From Eledone cirrhosa (taxonomy: Eukaryota): a DNA stretch of 64,000 bases. The stretch covers positions 33,046,001 through 33,110,000 of the forward strand of contig OZ024745.1 of assembly GCA_964016885.1 (NCBI GenBank), in the 5' to 3' direction. A program made the translations under genes and the position numbers. A model generated the notes under the pieces. It was not told the origin of the DNA, made no database searches, and was given only the letters and a program-made list of their open reading frames with translations. Shown one piece after another: positions 14,403-27,299 of the stretch. How positions within the stretch are numbered: the stretch's first letter is position 1; every line of letters starts with the position of its first letter.

Positions 14403-15834
14403 CTTAGATAAATGAAAAAGATAATAGTTGTTAACCTCATGTCAGCATTGATTAAACAAACCTATGATCATAAATATTTCAGCTTTTACCAACTCATCTT
14501 TTTTTTTTTTCGGGGATAATGTATCTAGAGCTGCATTATCCAATCTTTCACTTTCTTAAGACTGGAAGAGGTGTGCGACATGAGGAAGATTTGGCTGCTA
14601 TTTTAGTAGGTCAAACGACCATGTAGAGGCTTCCTCAATATCTGGAAAAAACATTGTTGTTGGGTTTTTTTTCTTCTCTCAGCTGTTGGTCATGTGATGT
14701 CAGATGCTCTTTGCATTTCATCATGTGATATGTGGTTGCTTAGTGTGTTAGCCTGTTGTCACTATCTCTCATATTACCTGTTTGTCACCTCCCACTTCTT
14801 CACACACCTTATTTCTCTCTCCTTCTCACACTTTTTTCTTGGAGTGTGTGGGGGGGTACAAACACACACACACACATTTATATACAATACAAAAACACAC
14901 ATATATTTTAAACACACACACAATACAATTTTACACTTTTCAAATTGAAATGTACTCTTTTAAACTTTTTTTTATATTAATGCTGGAAGGGAGCAAAACC
15001 ACTTCTGGTTGTATGAAACAAAACCAACTGCGTGCAGGTATATTTCAAAGTTGTACAGTAGTTCTTTGATTTTAACAAACCCACGTTTTAACCTTCAGAT
15101 AACTGAGTGTAGGTATATTTCAAAGTTATATAGCAGTTCTTTGATTTTAACAAACACCGTTTTCTGCTCATACAGGTGTATCCACCCCCACCCCTCTACT
15201 GAGAGCAGATGACACTTTTTCATTGTGCAGTCACTTTACCTGCGCACATCAATTGTGCAGCCACTCTCTCAGTTCACTTAAGCTTAACTGTCCCCCCTCT
15301 CTCTAACAGATCATTTAGTTTTCACACATCTTCCACATTCAATGCCCAAGTCTACTAAATAACACACTTCATACCAGCTGACTTTCAACACAAGTAACAG
15401 TGCACCCCCTAAGCTTCTGCAACCTTTTCTTTACTCTAGCTATTATGCTATCACTATAATTACTCTCAGTATTAATTAGATCACCTTGGTGACAGAAACT
15501 ATCAGCTACATGTAGTGAGCTGTGTGGGCAGTTCATAGATGTCATTTCATGTGTACTCCTGCTGTTAACTACTCCTCTACATCTAAATCTCTTAACACTC
15601 TGTAATGATTTAGCAGAACATACTTAAAAATGGGTTTATTAATTCAATTGATTATGGTATCTTTTACTAATGGACAGATTGTTGTGGAAATTTGCAGGAA
15701 ACTAAAGTATTTACTTTAGTTTTTAATGTGATACAGTCATATTGTTTTTGTTTTTTTTAATTTACAAGAATGTCCAAGAGACCCCAAGCAAGATGGTTGG
15801 ATAACATCCATGAGCTTGGCTAAATTTAGTAGTG

Positions 15835-16320
15835 AAGGGTTTAGAGGGATTTACTAAAATTATGAATTCTTTCATTATTAAGATGGCATTGTAATGGAAA
15901 TAATGTATACAATCTCTTGGGAGTATGTAATATGTAGTGTGGTAAATAAATATATACATGTCCAACTCTTGCAAGCAAGGAAAAGCAGATGTAAAATGAT
16001 GATATACACCAAACACAAAAGAACCAAACTCCCACTCTCACTGCCTCTGTCTCACATGCACTCCCCATCTCTCATTATTATGACCAAATGGGAGCCCATA
16101 TTCTGGGGGCCCCACGACCCTGGCAGACAGAATAGAGGTGGCATTTGTAACATAACAAAGGGTTCTTGTGTAATATTATATTGGAAGATGTTAATTTAAA
16201 TAGGAACCCTTTAAAATGGATGGTGGTATTGTTTTTTTGTTTTTTTAGGGGGGGGGGGGTCATAGAACCAGAGATGGTTTTGGTTGGGTTGGGTTGGGTT
16301 AGTATCAAAAGAATTAATTA
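15835..16320 (-). mobile_element. piggyBac-type MITE family A with an internal insertion
   Basis: Similar to 17350-17537; ends tagtatcaaaagaattaa; interrupted at ~15890-16140. Confidence 0.55.
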
Positions 16321-17349
16321 GACTTAATGTGGTATGTAAAATAATAATTGTCAGAGTGGTTTGACCATTCCTATTCCAACCAGATGACTGGACTTAACTG
16401 TAATATTGAGAAAACTCTGGAATCGGATGAAAGATGTTGCAGTCTTAAAGTCATCATCATCACTGTGTGCCAGGACAAAATGCACCTAATCCATATTGTA
16501 AAGTGGTCGTGCAGGTGTCATGACAAAAGTGCTCAGTCCACACTATTAAGTGGTCATGTAGGTGTTATGATAAAAGGCACCCAGCTATAGGAACCATGCC
16601 AGAAACAGTTCTATATGAGCAAGACACAATAATCTGATCTGGCTTGACTCATAACGGGACAACTTGTCTAACCCATGTTAGCATGGAAAAATAAGTGTTA
16701 AACAGTGAAAAGTTCATTAGGAAAGAATCATTAGATGATTAAAATAGTTGAAAGCTAACTAAATCTGTCACTATAACTAGTGTATAACAGAACTGGGTCA
16801 TACAAATATCTGCAAAGATCATTGAGACAGTCATTATACATATGCCTTAAGTGGTGTTATAATCACAAGTGATATCATAGCCACTTAAACATTCCTACAC
16901 ACCATATTATCTCAGTATATATACTAGAGCCAGATATAGATAGAATCAGACTTTAATGACTACAAAAAGATTCCCCCACAAAGTCCACCCCATATGGTGA
17001 TCTGGTGCTACAACAAAGCACTCAGTCTACCCAGTAAAGTAGTCGTGTTGGTGACAAAACAAAAAGCACCCAGTCCACACTGTAATGTGGTTGGTGTTAG
17101 GAAGGGCATTCAGCCATAGAAACCAAGCCAAAATACAGATCCTATGAGCAAGACATGGTCACCTGACCCGAATTGTCTCATAACATGACAAACCTATCTA
17201 ACCTAAGGAAGCATGGAAAAACAGACATTACATAGTGATGATGATGATAACCCCATATATGTCAGTTTATATACTGTTACAACCAGGTTAAATAGGTCAA
17301 CACTTTAATGACCACATTTCTTATGAAATACACATTATTTGAATTAATG

Positions 17350-17537
17350 AAATGTTTAGAAGGATTGACTAAAATTATCAATTATTTCCTTGCTAGCAGG
17401 GAAAGCAGATGTTAAAACGACAATGAATAAATTATTAAGATGGTATTTGTAACACAACGAAAGGTTCTTGTACCAAATTATGTTAGATTTTAATTTAAAT
17501 AGTAACCCTTTACAATGGTTGGTATCAAAAGGGTTAA
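17350..17537 (-). mobile_element. piggyBac-type MITE family A
   Basis: Ends gttggtatcaaaaggg-TTAA, the reverse complement of the 7497 start. Confidence 0.65.
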
Positions 17538-17574
17538 GATGTGATGTACATTCAAGTTATTATTACTAGTATTA

Positions 17575-17760
17575 AGCGGTGGATTGGCAGTATCGGTAGA
17601 GGGTCGGACGCCATGCTTTCCAGCATAGTTACGTCCCTTTACGATCTGAGTTCAAATCCCGCCGAGGTTGACTTTGCCTTTCATCCTTACGGGGGTCGAT
17701 AAAATAAAGTACCAGTAATGCACTGGGTAATTGCTGGCCTTGTGCCTAAAGTAGAAAATT
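17575..17760 (+). mobile_element. SINE family 2, near full length
   Basis: gcggtggattggcagtatcgg (A box)...gagttcaaatccc (B box)...gactttgcctttcatcc...gtcgataaaataaagtaccag...ggccttgtgcctaaagtagaa. Confidence 0.85.
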
Positions 17761-18269
17761 ATTACTAGTATTATTATTGGGCTACTCATGTATGACTAAA
17801 GAACAGCTAACTTGCTGTTGTTTTTTTAGTCTCAGGCCAGCCATAATACAGCAGAGATGATCAATGGTGTCCCAACCATAACTATCCAATCCTTTAATCA
17901 GACATGATGGATCCATTGCTGGTTTCAACAATGAAATTCAGTTGTTTGATTAAAGTGTAAGTAGATGAGTATTCCACAGACACGTGTACCCTTCACATAA
18001 TTCTGAGACAGAATCAGTATGACACAATGTGACAAAGCTGGACTTTGAAATTACAGGTATAATCCATTTTATGAGTTTCCACACAGTTTCTGTTTAACCA
18101 ATTTAACACTCAGGCTTCAGTTAACCAAGGCTATAGTAAAAGACATTTGCCTAAGTTACCATGCAGTACAATTGATCCCAAAACTTCATCCCCATGCAAC
18201 AGTGCCTGTGCCCACTATTCAATTATAGCATACCTAGGACAACGTTATCCAGTGTGTTTCATTTTTATA

Positions 18270-18665
18270 GGATGATATGGTTGACAACAAACGGATTTTT
18301 TCTACAAGTGAAAGGTAGATTGTATGATGCCTGTGTAAGAAATGTGATGTTGCATGAGAATGAGACATGGGCTGTAAATGCAGAGGATATATATGGTGGC
18401 TGGAGAGAAATAAAGTGAGCATGCTCCATTGGGTGTGTAATGTTAATGAACTTGAATGACAAGGTGTGGCTGAACTGAGAAAAAAGCTGGACATAAAAAG
18501 AATCAGATGTAGTGTGCATGAAGAAAGACTGCACTAGTATAGACGTGTGATGCATATATATGATGAACACTAGTTGAAGTAGTAATGCTAGTGTAAGGAA
18601 GCTGTGCTGGAAAGGACCCATCTAATCCATGCATGCAAAGCATAAAAATTATGATACCGATGATG
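18270..18665 (+). mobile_element. Old RTE LINE 3' fragment
   Basis: Translation VKGRLYDACVRNVMLHENETWAV matches the 10351 ORF; frameshifted; gatgat tail. Confidence 0.8.
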
Positions 18666-19044
18666 ATATTTGACAGCTATTCAGTCTTGCTTATCACTGC
18701 CTGAGTAAACTATTCTTATGGCACTAGTTAACCAAATAAACATCTCTCTGACTAATCCACACATATATCACTCATAACATGTACAATCATGATGTTTAGC
18801 ATGTCAACCAACATTATCGACATGATTTAACATTTGCTCTTCCTTGCTAGCATGGGTTAGACGGATCATCACAGACCAAGTTAATACTTAATCGAAACTA
18901 CAGTCCTCCCATACAAGAAAAGGATCATGTCTTACATGTGTGTGGAATATAAATTCATATTTTGTTGTACTATCCAAAATCTTAAGACTTTAAACAAGTG
19001 ATCTCCATTTTAAAGTTAGTAATAAGAAGGCTGAAGATGGCCAA

Positions 19045-19320
19045 TTGGCAGGGTTATCAGAATGTCAGATAAAATGTTTTGCACTATTTATCCTGGCTCT
19101 CTGCACTCAGTGTTCAAATCTCGTCAAGGTCAGCTTTGCTTTTCATCCTACCAAAGTTAATTAAAGAAGTACCAGTCTAGTACTGGAGTTGATTCTTCCT
19201 CTATATTTCCTTCCCACAAAGAACTCAACCGTGTTCAGACCTGGAGAGGGATATGCTCCAACAGGTTTAAAATGCCATAGACACTGTCACAATGGCACTC
19301 CTACAACTCCATCAAGAGTA
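19045..19320 (+). mobile_element. SINE family 2 variant with long 3' tail
   Basis: Same core; tail similar to 34820-34960, 49065-49250 and 63790-63960. Confidence 0.65.
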
Positions 19321-22019
19321 AAAAGTTCATACATATAGGATGTTGAGGTATATTTGAAGGCCATATTGAGTAGGTTAAGTATGTAAAAACTACACTAAGG
19401 AAGAAATCTAAAGAACCTCACTGTAAAATAAACTCTAACTGTAAACTAGGCCTCTTAGTTTTTATCAGTCAGGAGGAAGGACAGTACCCATGACTCTTTT
19501 GAGGAGCCTCCGAAACTAGTGAGAGGGAGGCAAGAATGTACCCTCAAACTAGAGACCTAGCCTAAATGTTCACAACAGAGTGGATTCTGCTAAAGGCACC
19601 CAAGGTTTCAGGTGGTAGATCTTAAATTAGACGACTAATCCAAAGAGGCTATGGTGAGTTTTGAACTCAGAAGTCAAAGAACCAGAACAAACATTGCAAT
19701 GTGTCCTATCATTTGTACTAAGGATGAAAGGTGAATGCAAGGCCTATTATTATCAGAAAAATATTCCACATATATACTTTCAAAAACCTGAGGTTTTAGC
19801 CAGCAAAACAATTCTTATAGTAGAAGTTCTAATTTATGAAGTCACTTCTCTGTGTTATCATTAATAACAAAAATATTACAGCACCTGATGAGGACTTAAA
19901 TCTTATGGCAGAATGGAAACGATAGATTTAGAAGATATTTAACTTGCATGTGCAATACAGAATTGGATTTAAATCAGGCAGTAAATGTAAAAACTATTTC
20001 TGTGAGAATACTGCTTTCAGAAACGACCACAATTGAGAAGTGAGAGGAAAGAGGATTCCAGAAAGCTGACAGAACTATTTGGTAAGGGACCAAAAGGATC
20101 AGCTAGTTTGGGAAGTGGAAAGCATTCTTCCAATAGCTCACATATGCTCCACCTTTTATGCAATTTAGAATTGTGTGTAATCTCAATAGATTACATATGA
20201 TTGCATACAGTATATAATTCAATATAAAAACATTATTTAATACAGAAAAAAATCTTGACGTGAACACGGATGGTGAGCTTCATATGTAACCTTGTTTAAT
20301 GTATTGGTTGTCCTTATGTGAATATCACAACACTTCCTGCTATATAAAATCTTCTATATAAAATCTGGCTATTTAAGGCCTTGCAGCATCAACAGTACTA
20401 TCATTTGGCAAAATATACTTTTGCAGCCCTCTCCTTTTCTCAGAATCCCCAGAAAAATATCCGAAATTTCAAAAGCTATTTAAACAACCATTATTATGGT
20501 TCCCTTTCTCAAAAATAGTAAACATAGCACAAGGTATGTATCTACAGTGGTTACCAAATAGTAAAGCATGTCTACTTCAGAAATCTATAAAACTATCAAT
20601 ACTTTGGTTCTTTCTTATTTCACTGACCTATTCCAAGAATATTTTACTAACCTCTTCAATTTTTATTACATATAAGTTATAGTACTGAAAAAAGTTAAGA
20701 ACATTACACTTCCAAAATATGGAATGCACTGTCAGTAGTCATTATGAATGAAGTTCAAGATTTCAAAAATCAAATTAACAATCCCGCCCCCTTGCACTAA
20801 CTCAGAATATTATTTTTCTAAACTTGAGATAATTTCCATTTAGTCAGACCGGAGTCTGGCTCGCTGGAATTTCAAAATATATTTTTTCTTTTAAAAAAAG
20901 GAAATTATAAGAATACAATGTAATTGACAAGAGTGGAGGTGGTGGAGAGAAAACAGCAGTTGTAACTGTAGTAGTCTCTCTTCTTTCATTTACAACCGCC
21001 GTCTCTCTCGCTCTCCCCATCTCTCACTATTATATACAAATGGGAGCCCACGTGCCAGCCGCCCAGCGGTCCAGGCGGACAGAATAGAGAAGGCGTTTCC
21101 CCGGAAGATGGTGAGAGTGACACGTTGGAAGACCCATTCCAACTTGCGAGGCTCACACCAGCGGGTAGCCAACTCTGTGCTAATGGTTGTGGGTAGGGAG
21201 GTGGCCCTAGGGCCAAGAACACCAGATGTCTTCACTGCTACGAGCTCGACCACAAACCTGTCGAAAATCGACCGATATCTATAAATTCACATTTAGTAGC
21301 ATCTGCTACTAAATAGTATTCCAGACAATAAATATACACACACACATATACATATATAGAATGACAAACAGCAGAGTCAGTCAATAGCTGTGTCCTCCTA
21401 ATATTTCATCTTCATCAGTTCTGAAGTGGCAGGAAAGTGCTGTTTGCAGTAGGGTCACTGCACACACCTAGACAGAACTATGGTAACACGTATCGCGATA
21501 AACAGCTTTTAAAAATACAAATAATACCATAGACACGTTTTGACTAACAAAACGCATGACTCAACAAAAAAGAATAATAAACAAAATCATAAACCTAACA
21601 ATGCAGACATTTTGGTTAGGCAAATTACGTATTTACAATTGAAGAACTTACTAACACTGCATGTTAGTCTGGCCTGATAGACTATTGTGACTTATCGGAA
21701 ATACAGAATAGAGAACATAAACGACGGTTCATTAGTCTAGAAAAAAGGAGTTGCAGCAGCTGCTAACGGAAATCGTGAAATAGAATGAAAATTATATGTA
21801 ACTAGATTTGAAATTTTCTACAACCGAGAGCCCTCCCACCACCTTAGTAACAATTTGATATATTTTTCTTTATAGAAAGGCCTGCTCTGTCCTTAATCAG
21901 AGGATGGAAATATAAAATGTATTGTTTGTAGGAAAGTGAGATTTCTTGCACCATCATCATTTTTATATTTAGTATTCGTTGATAGAGTGGGAGGGTGGAT
22001 TTAATGGTGCATACTACCT

Positions 22020-22162
22020 TCTGAGTTCTAATACCGCCAAAGTTAACTTTGCCCTTCATCCTTACGAGGTCGATAAAATAAAGCACCAGTAATGCACTGG
22101 ATTCGATTTAATTGACTTACATTCCCCCAAATTGTTGGCCTTGTGCCTAAATCAGAAACCAT
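22020..22162 (+). mobile_element. SINE family 2
   Basis: ctgagttctaata...ctttgcccttcatcc...ggccttgtgcctaaatcagaa. Confidence 0.75.
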
Positions 22163-22734
22163 TGTTTATATAATGCCGTATGACTAACTAAATTGTCAGC
22201 ATAATTATATAAAGTAAAAAACACGTTTCTACGGAAATAAATATATACATAATACTAGTATGGTGGTAATAAAATAATTGTGTAACTACTGGTGTATGTA
22301 TCTGCAACCAACTATCTACCCATCATCACAGTACACTGTTTATAGTTAGACACTTAACGAGGGAACATCTACGTGGTCTTTTAACCTGCTAAAAATAGAC
22401 GCTAAATTTCCCTAAAACCATACTCCTACATGCTGTAGTCCTTGGTATACAAAAAAATGATAGCCCCTGATCACAAGTTTACGCGATCAGTGCTCTCTCC
22501 TGATAGTTATAATAGCTAAATGTCATTCAAACATTACCCTACTGTCTTAGAAAGGAGCACGGGCAGACTGGGGGATACTCGTACTATTTCCGAAAAAAGT
22601 GTTCGAATTGAGGGAGATTTCGCTGCCATTTCCAGCAGGCTGAGCGACCATGTAGAAGCTCCCTCGTTGATTCGTTCATTAGTTATGATTTGGTGTAACA
22701 ATAAATTTTATTTCAATGAAATCTATTATATCAA

Positions 22735-23461
22735 TATATATCAAATCAGTTCAATATCTCATTATTAGAGAGGCGGAAATCTTACAAGAATATGGTTGTA
22801 GATATTACAGTAGCACCTTGCCTCTCACAAATTTCAGTCTGAAATCCAGACTGAAATAAAAAATATGGCAAGATTCTCAGATTTTTTCGCCTGTGCAGCA
22901 ATGTTTTCAGAGTTAAATATAAATATAGCATGATTCACATACAGGTATTTTGCAGAGTGAAGTAACTAGAAAACTTAAATAGTGGCTAACGGTCTATTTT
23001 CTTAATTACTACATCGCACACACTTGACGTGACGAATTTCGCTTTTTCCATTGAACAAACAGTATCTGCTGTCAGGTGCTTCATTTGAAACCTACTGCTG
23101 TCCTGTTGTTAATAGAGATGTTAGTGACAACAATAGAGATAAGGAGAGCGAAAGTATAACTGTAGCATCTTGAAATGAGATGGAGTAGTATCATGTCAGC
23201 CATGTTGAATAGCTAATGTCACACATGAGATGATGTGTGAGGGACACGAGTGTGGAAACCAAGAATAAACAGTAACCAACCAAGTACTTCATCTTTGAGA
23301 ACTGACTGAGTACAGAAAGGCGTATTCTGATACATAAGCAATACAATACTAACATATGGAAGAAACTTTATCATATATATATATAAGGTGCTACTATAAT
23401 TAATATCTACAACCATATTTTTGTAAGATTTCCGCCTCTCCAATAATGAGATATTGAACTG

Positions 23462-23470
<9 letters not shown>
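22735..23470. mobile_element. Non-autonomous element with ~85 bp terminal inverted repeats in (TA) context
   Basis: 22735-22820 (aaatcagttcaatatctcattatt...gtagcacctt) is the reverse complement of 23385-23470. Confidence 0.8.
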
Positions 23471-23504
<34 letters not shown>

Positions 23505-23989
23505 TGCTGCTCACAACACCTCACAACAATATACTATACTATATATATATATATAGTAGTTTAAAAAAATGGTAAAATAAATATGAGTATATATATATAT
23601 ATATTTGTATGTTCTTGTCTGGTGACCCTGTGAGCGATCAGGTGAAAACTACAGAGTAACGAAACTCACAATTTAGCCATAATAAATGAATATATAAAAT
23701 ATATGCTGGTGATATGTATATATACGTGTGTGTTTGGTAAGCATAGAAAAAATTAATTCAATTATAATTAAAACAATACTATGATACATCCATAAGGACA
23801 AGAATTCTTTAGTCAAAGATAAATAATAGCTGAAAGTAATTACGATTGAAGCCTTGTTAAAATATGAAAAAGAATGAAAGCAACAGACAGCTGAGCGTAT
23901 AATTGATATTTTGAAATGTCTCACAAATGTTCTGCACCAACATTGACACACAATAGTAAGATCTAAGTGAATAGACAGTATAACAATAG

Positions 23990-24885
23990 AAAGTTATAGT
24001 GAATGGTATACATATTGTTGTGCGTGGTGTTGTACTGAATAGTTCGGTGGTTGTGGTGTACATTATATTGTACACTATTGCAGTGAGTTGTAGTACTGTA
24101 TATTATAGTGTGTAGTATAGTACGTTGGTTGTTGAGTGATGTGAATAGTACGATGTTGTATGTGATGTTTGTAGTATAATATATTGTTGTGAGATGTAGT
24201 GAATAGTATGTTGGTTGTTGTATGTGGTGTTTGTAGTGTATATTGTACACTGTTGAGATGTGTGTAGTATAGTACGTTGGTTGTTGAGTGATGTAGTGAA
24301 AAGTACGATATTGTTGTATGTGATGTATGTAGCATAGTATATTGTGAATGGTATTTGTTGTGAGGTGGTACTGTAGTGTGTAGTATAGATAATTGTTGTG
24401 AGTGGTATGTTGGTTGTTGTATGTGGGGTTTGTAGTGTATATTGTACAGTGTTGAGATGCTTTTCAGTATAGTGCGGTGTGTAGTATAGATAATTGTAGT
24501 CTGTGGTATAGTATATTGTTGTGAGGAGGTATTGTTATGTGTAGTATAGATGATTGTTGTGAATGGTATAGTTTATTATTGTGAGTGGTGTTTGTAGTGA
24601 GTAGTATAGTATAGTGTTGCGTGGTGTTGTAGTGTGTGGTATAGTAAATTGTTGCGTGGTGTTGTAGTGTGTGGTATAATATATTGTTGTAAGTGGTGTT
24701 GTAGTGAATGATATAGTATATTGTTGTAGTGTGTAGTATCGTATTGTGTTGTAAGTGGTCTTATAGTGTGTGTAGTATAGTATATTGTTGTCTGGTGTTG
24801 TAAGAAGCAATACACTATTGTTGTGTGGTGTTGAAAGTTAGTACAGTATAACGTGTGATATAGTAGTGAGTGTATTGTTGTTAAT
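23990..24885. repeat. Degenerate G/T-rich minisatellite (tgtagtatag/tattgttgtg units)
   Basis: Direct reading; C is nearly absent on the + strand. Confidence 0.9.
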
Positions 24886-25425
24886 GGTATAATAAAATAA
24901 AACCCACTGAAGTAGTAAAATACATTCATATGTTGGGTGGGAGTGAGGTTTCACTTTTTAGGTCTATATAATACAGGCAATAAAATGAAAATCAATGAAA
25001 TTGAAAATGAAACGTGCCTGCTTTTTCCTAGCAAACCTTCGCCTTTTCAATTAATTTTAATCGATAAACTAAAACATTTTTATTTGAGATTTTCCAAATG
25101 GTTTATTGTGATTTTTTCCTTCTCTATCCCGACCTGTTCCATAACAACAGACTGCAGTTAATTGCCGCCTATCAGTTAATTAACTTAACAAGACAAGGTA
25201 GTTGGATGAGTCCCACGAGAAAAGAATTTTACCTGAGATTATGATAAAACTACACTTCATTCCGTTTCATTTTACTATTTTTACTTTCACTTCAATTTTT
25301 ATGATTGCCGTTACATAAATTATTCTTGAAGGTGAACACTACAACAGTTATTTAAGGGTCTCGAGTTTCGTGTATATCTTGCTAAACTAAAGTCAGTGTT
25401 TTCCAAAAGATCTCTCTCACTCTCT

Positions 25426-25477
<52 letters not shown>

Positions 25478-25484
<7 letters not shown>

Positions 25485-25581
25485 AGTCCTCCCAAAAATG
25501 TATACACACTTCAACACCATTCTTATAAATATTGCCTGTACAGGTAATCAAAGTGTGTATACATTTTTTTTGGGGGGGGCA

Positions 25582-25587
<6 letters not shown>
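25478..25587. mobile_element. Tc1/mariner-type MITE
   Basis: TIRs ccaaaaatgtatacacactt / aagtgtgtatacattttttt(gg), flanked by (TA)n. Confidence 0.7.
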
Positions 25588-25614
<27 letters not shown>

Positions 25615-25678
25615 ACGTAGATGGATATAAACTAGACAAGATGAAAGTGTGTATGTGTATATATATATATATATATAT

Positions 25679-25858
25679 ATAGGAACGAGTAGGACCCCGA
25701 CGGCTGAGCTCAAGCCGTTTCGACGGTAATTCTGGACTATTAGTCCAGAATTAGCCGTCGGGGTCCTACTCGTTCCTATTACCCACTCTACTACCCTAAG
25801 TATTGAGTACTTTGGTGCGTTATGGTCCACCTGGTTCCTTACCACATTTCCTTCGTTA
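25679..25858. mobile_element. Penelope-like terminal fragment with foldback and half-hammerhead
   Basis: Perfect 27 bp inverted repeat 25679-25705 / 25753-25779 with an internal 13 bp hairpin; minus strand reads GAAAC-stem-GTC; (TA)n on both sides. Confidence 0.6.
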
Positions 25859-26381
25859 TATATATATATATAAAGTTTCTAAAATAGACAACACGGGAAA
25901 GGGTTTTACCAATTGAATCCCTCCTATTGACCCATGAAGGGGGGAAATTGAAATCAATTTCGACTGGATTTGAATTTAAAACGTAGAGACTAGACGATAT
26001 ATACATTACATATACAGCCACAATAGAATTGGTAGAGATCAATATTAAATTTGTCAAACTGTCAGTCTATTTATAAATGTTATTATACACATTGCTCTAT
26101 GTTCAATTAACGTGTATATATGTGTGATGCAGATTGCATATCGTGTAGATAAAACTGTGAGTGACTAAGAATATATTTATATACAAATGTGTATATTGTA
26201 CCTGAAATTGAATCTATATAATGTATATACAATTGTGCATATATAATACACGCATTGCGTTTTCAGACAAATACGCACAAAAGATAAACAACTACGCCAT
26301 TTGATGTAACTAAAAAAAATATCGTTTGTTTTTAACAGTAAAGGCCCCCGATAAAGGAGCGGATTTATATATTTATCTTAC

Positions 26382-26599
26382 CTGAATCGTTCCTGGCCAG
26401 CTGTATCCCATAACTGCAACTTCACTCGGATACCGGGTCGAACTTCGATTAAACGTGCATAAAAATCCACCCCAACGGTCGGGTCACATACCTCAGCAAA
26501 TTTACCATCAGTAAAGTATTTAAGAAGTGAAGATTTACCAACTGTACTGTCTCCAATCAGTATTAGACGAAACTGGTATTCAAATATTGGTTCCACCAT
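26382..26599 (-). CDS. RAB39: Ras-related protein Rab-39, coding exon 1 (72 codons + 2 nt)
   Basis: MVEPIFEYQFRLILIGDSTVGKSSLL...DPTVGVDF...WDTAGQERFR; GDSTVGKS and DPTVGVDF are characteristic of Rab39; donor AG|GTAAG at 26382/26381. Confidence 0.93.
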
Positions 26600-27299
26600 T
26601 ATTATAAATGCAAAGCTTTCTCTTGGCTTTCTAGCTTCTCCCCCTTATTTTATATATATATATATATATTTATAAATAAATATAAATATATATATATCTT
26701 CCGACTGAAAGCCTTACATTCCACAGAAAATTCTTAGGTTATTAGAAGAGAATTTCTTTTGTTTCTCTTAACTCTCGGTATATATATATTACTGTAATTA
26801 TAAATACGCATAAATCCTTGATTACATAGATAACAGTAAAGCTGCTTCGTTTTATAGATTCTAGGAATTTTAGAGATATTCTTACTTAGTAACGATTTAC
26901 TCAGTCTCTCTAATCTCGTTTTTATCGATACAAAATGACCAAACGAAGGAAAAGCGAATGTCTATTTTGTTCGTCTTCCACTGATCACGCTATCGACCGT
27001 CTTATTATTATTATCACTACTACTATTATTATTGATGTCTCGTGGGTTCTGATTGTCTGATAAACATATTTTCGAAGAAGCTCTTCATTGAAGCAATCCA
27101 AAGGACATATGGACCAACATTAGACATCAACAACCAGCATCATTTCCTCAAATTTCTTTAAACCAAAGAAATTCTCTCTCTCTCTCTTCTTAGCTACTTT
27201 TTTTGTCACTAGAATTAATAGAAGCAGAGAGAGTTGGCGTGTGGCGGCTATTACTGAGACATGAGTAATAATAAATAGGGTGGTTGGTGTTGGTGAAAC

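Noticed and set aside
15030-15160. ~50 bp direct repeat with 76 bp period; also a 3x ~30 bp repeat at 30368-30450
   Set aside because: Ordinary local tandem duplications with no functional signal
19885-19925. CTGATGAG motif as a hammerhead (also similar motifs at ~34433 and ~63804)
   Set aside because: No stem II closed directly onto GAAA and no stem I/III pairing
21040-21200. HDV-like ribozyme in the GC-rich repeat
   Set aside because: I could not build P1.1/P2/P3 pairings
23857-24929. Thr/Tyr/His-rich ORFs
   Set aside because: Products of the G/T minisatellite
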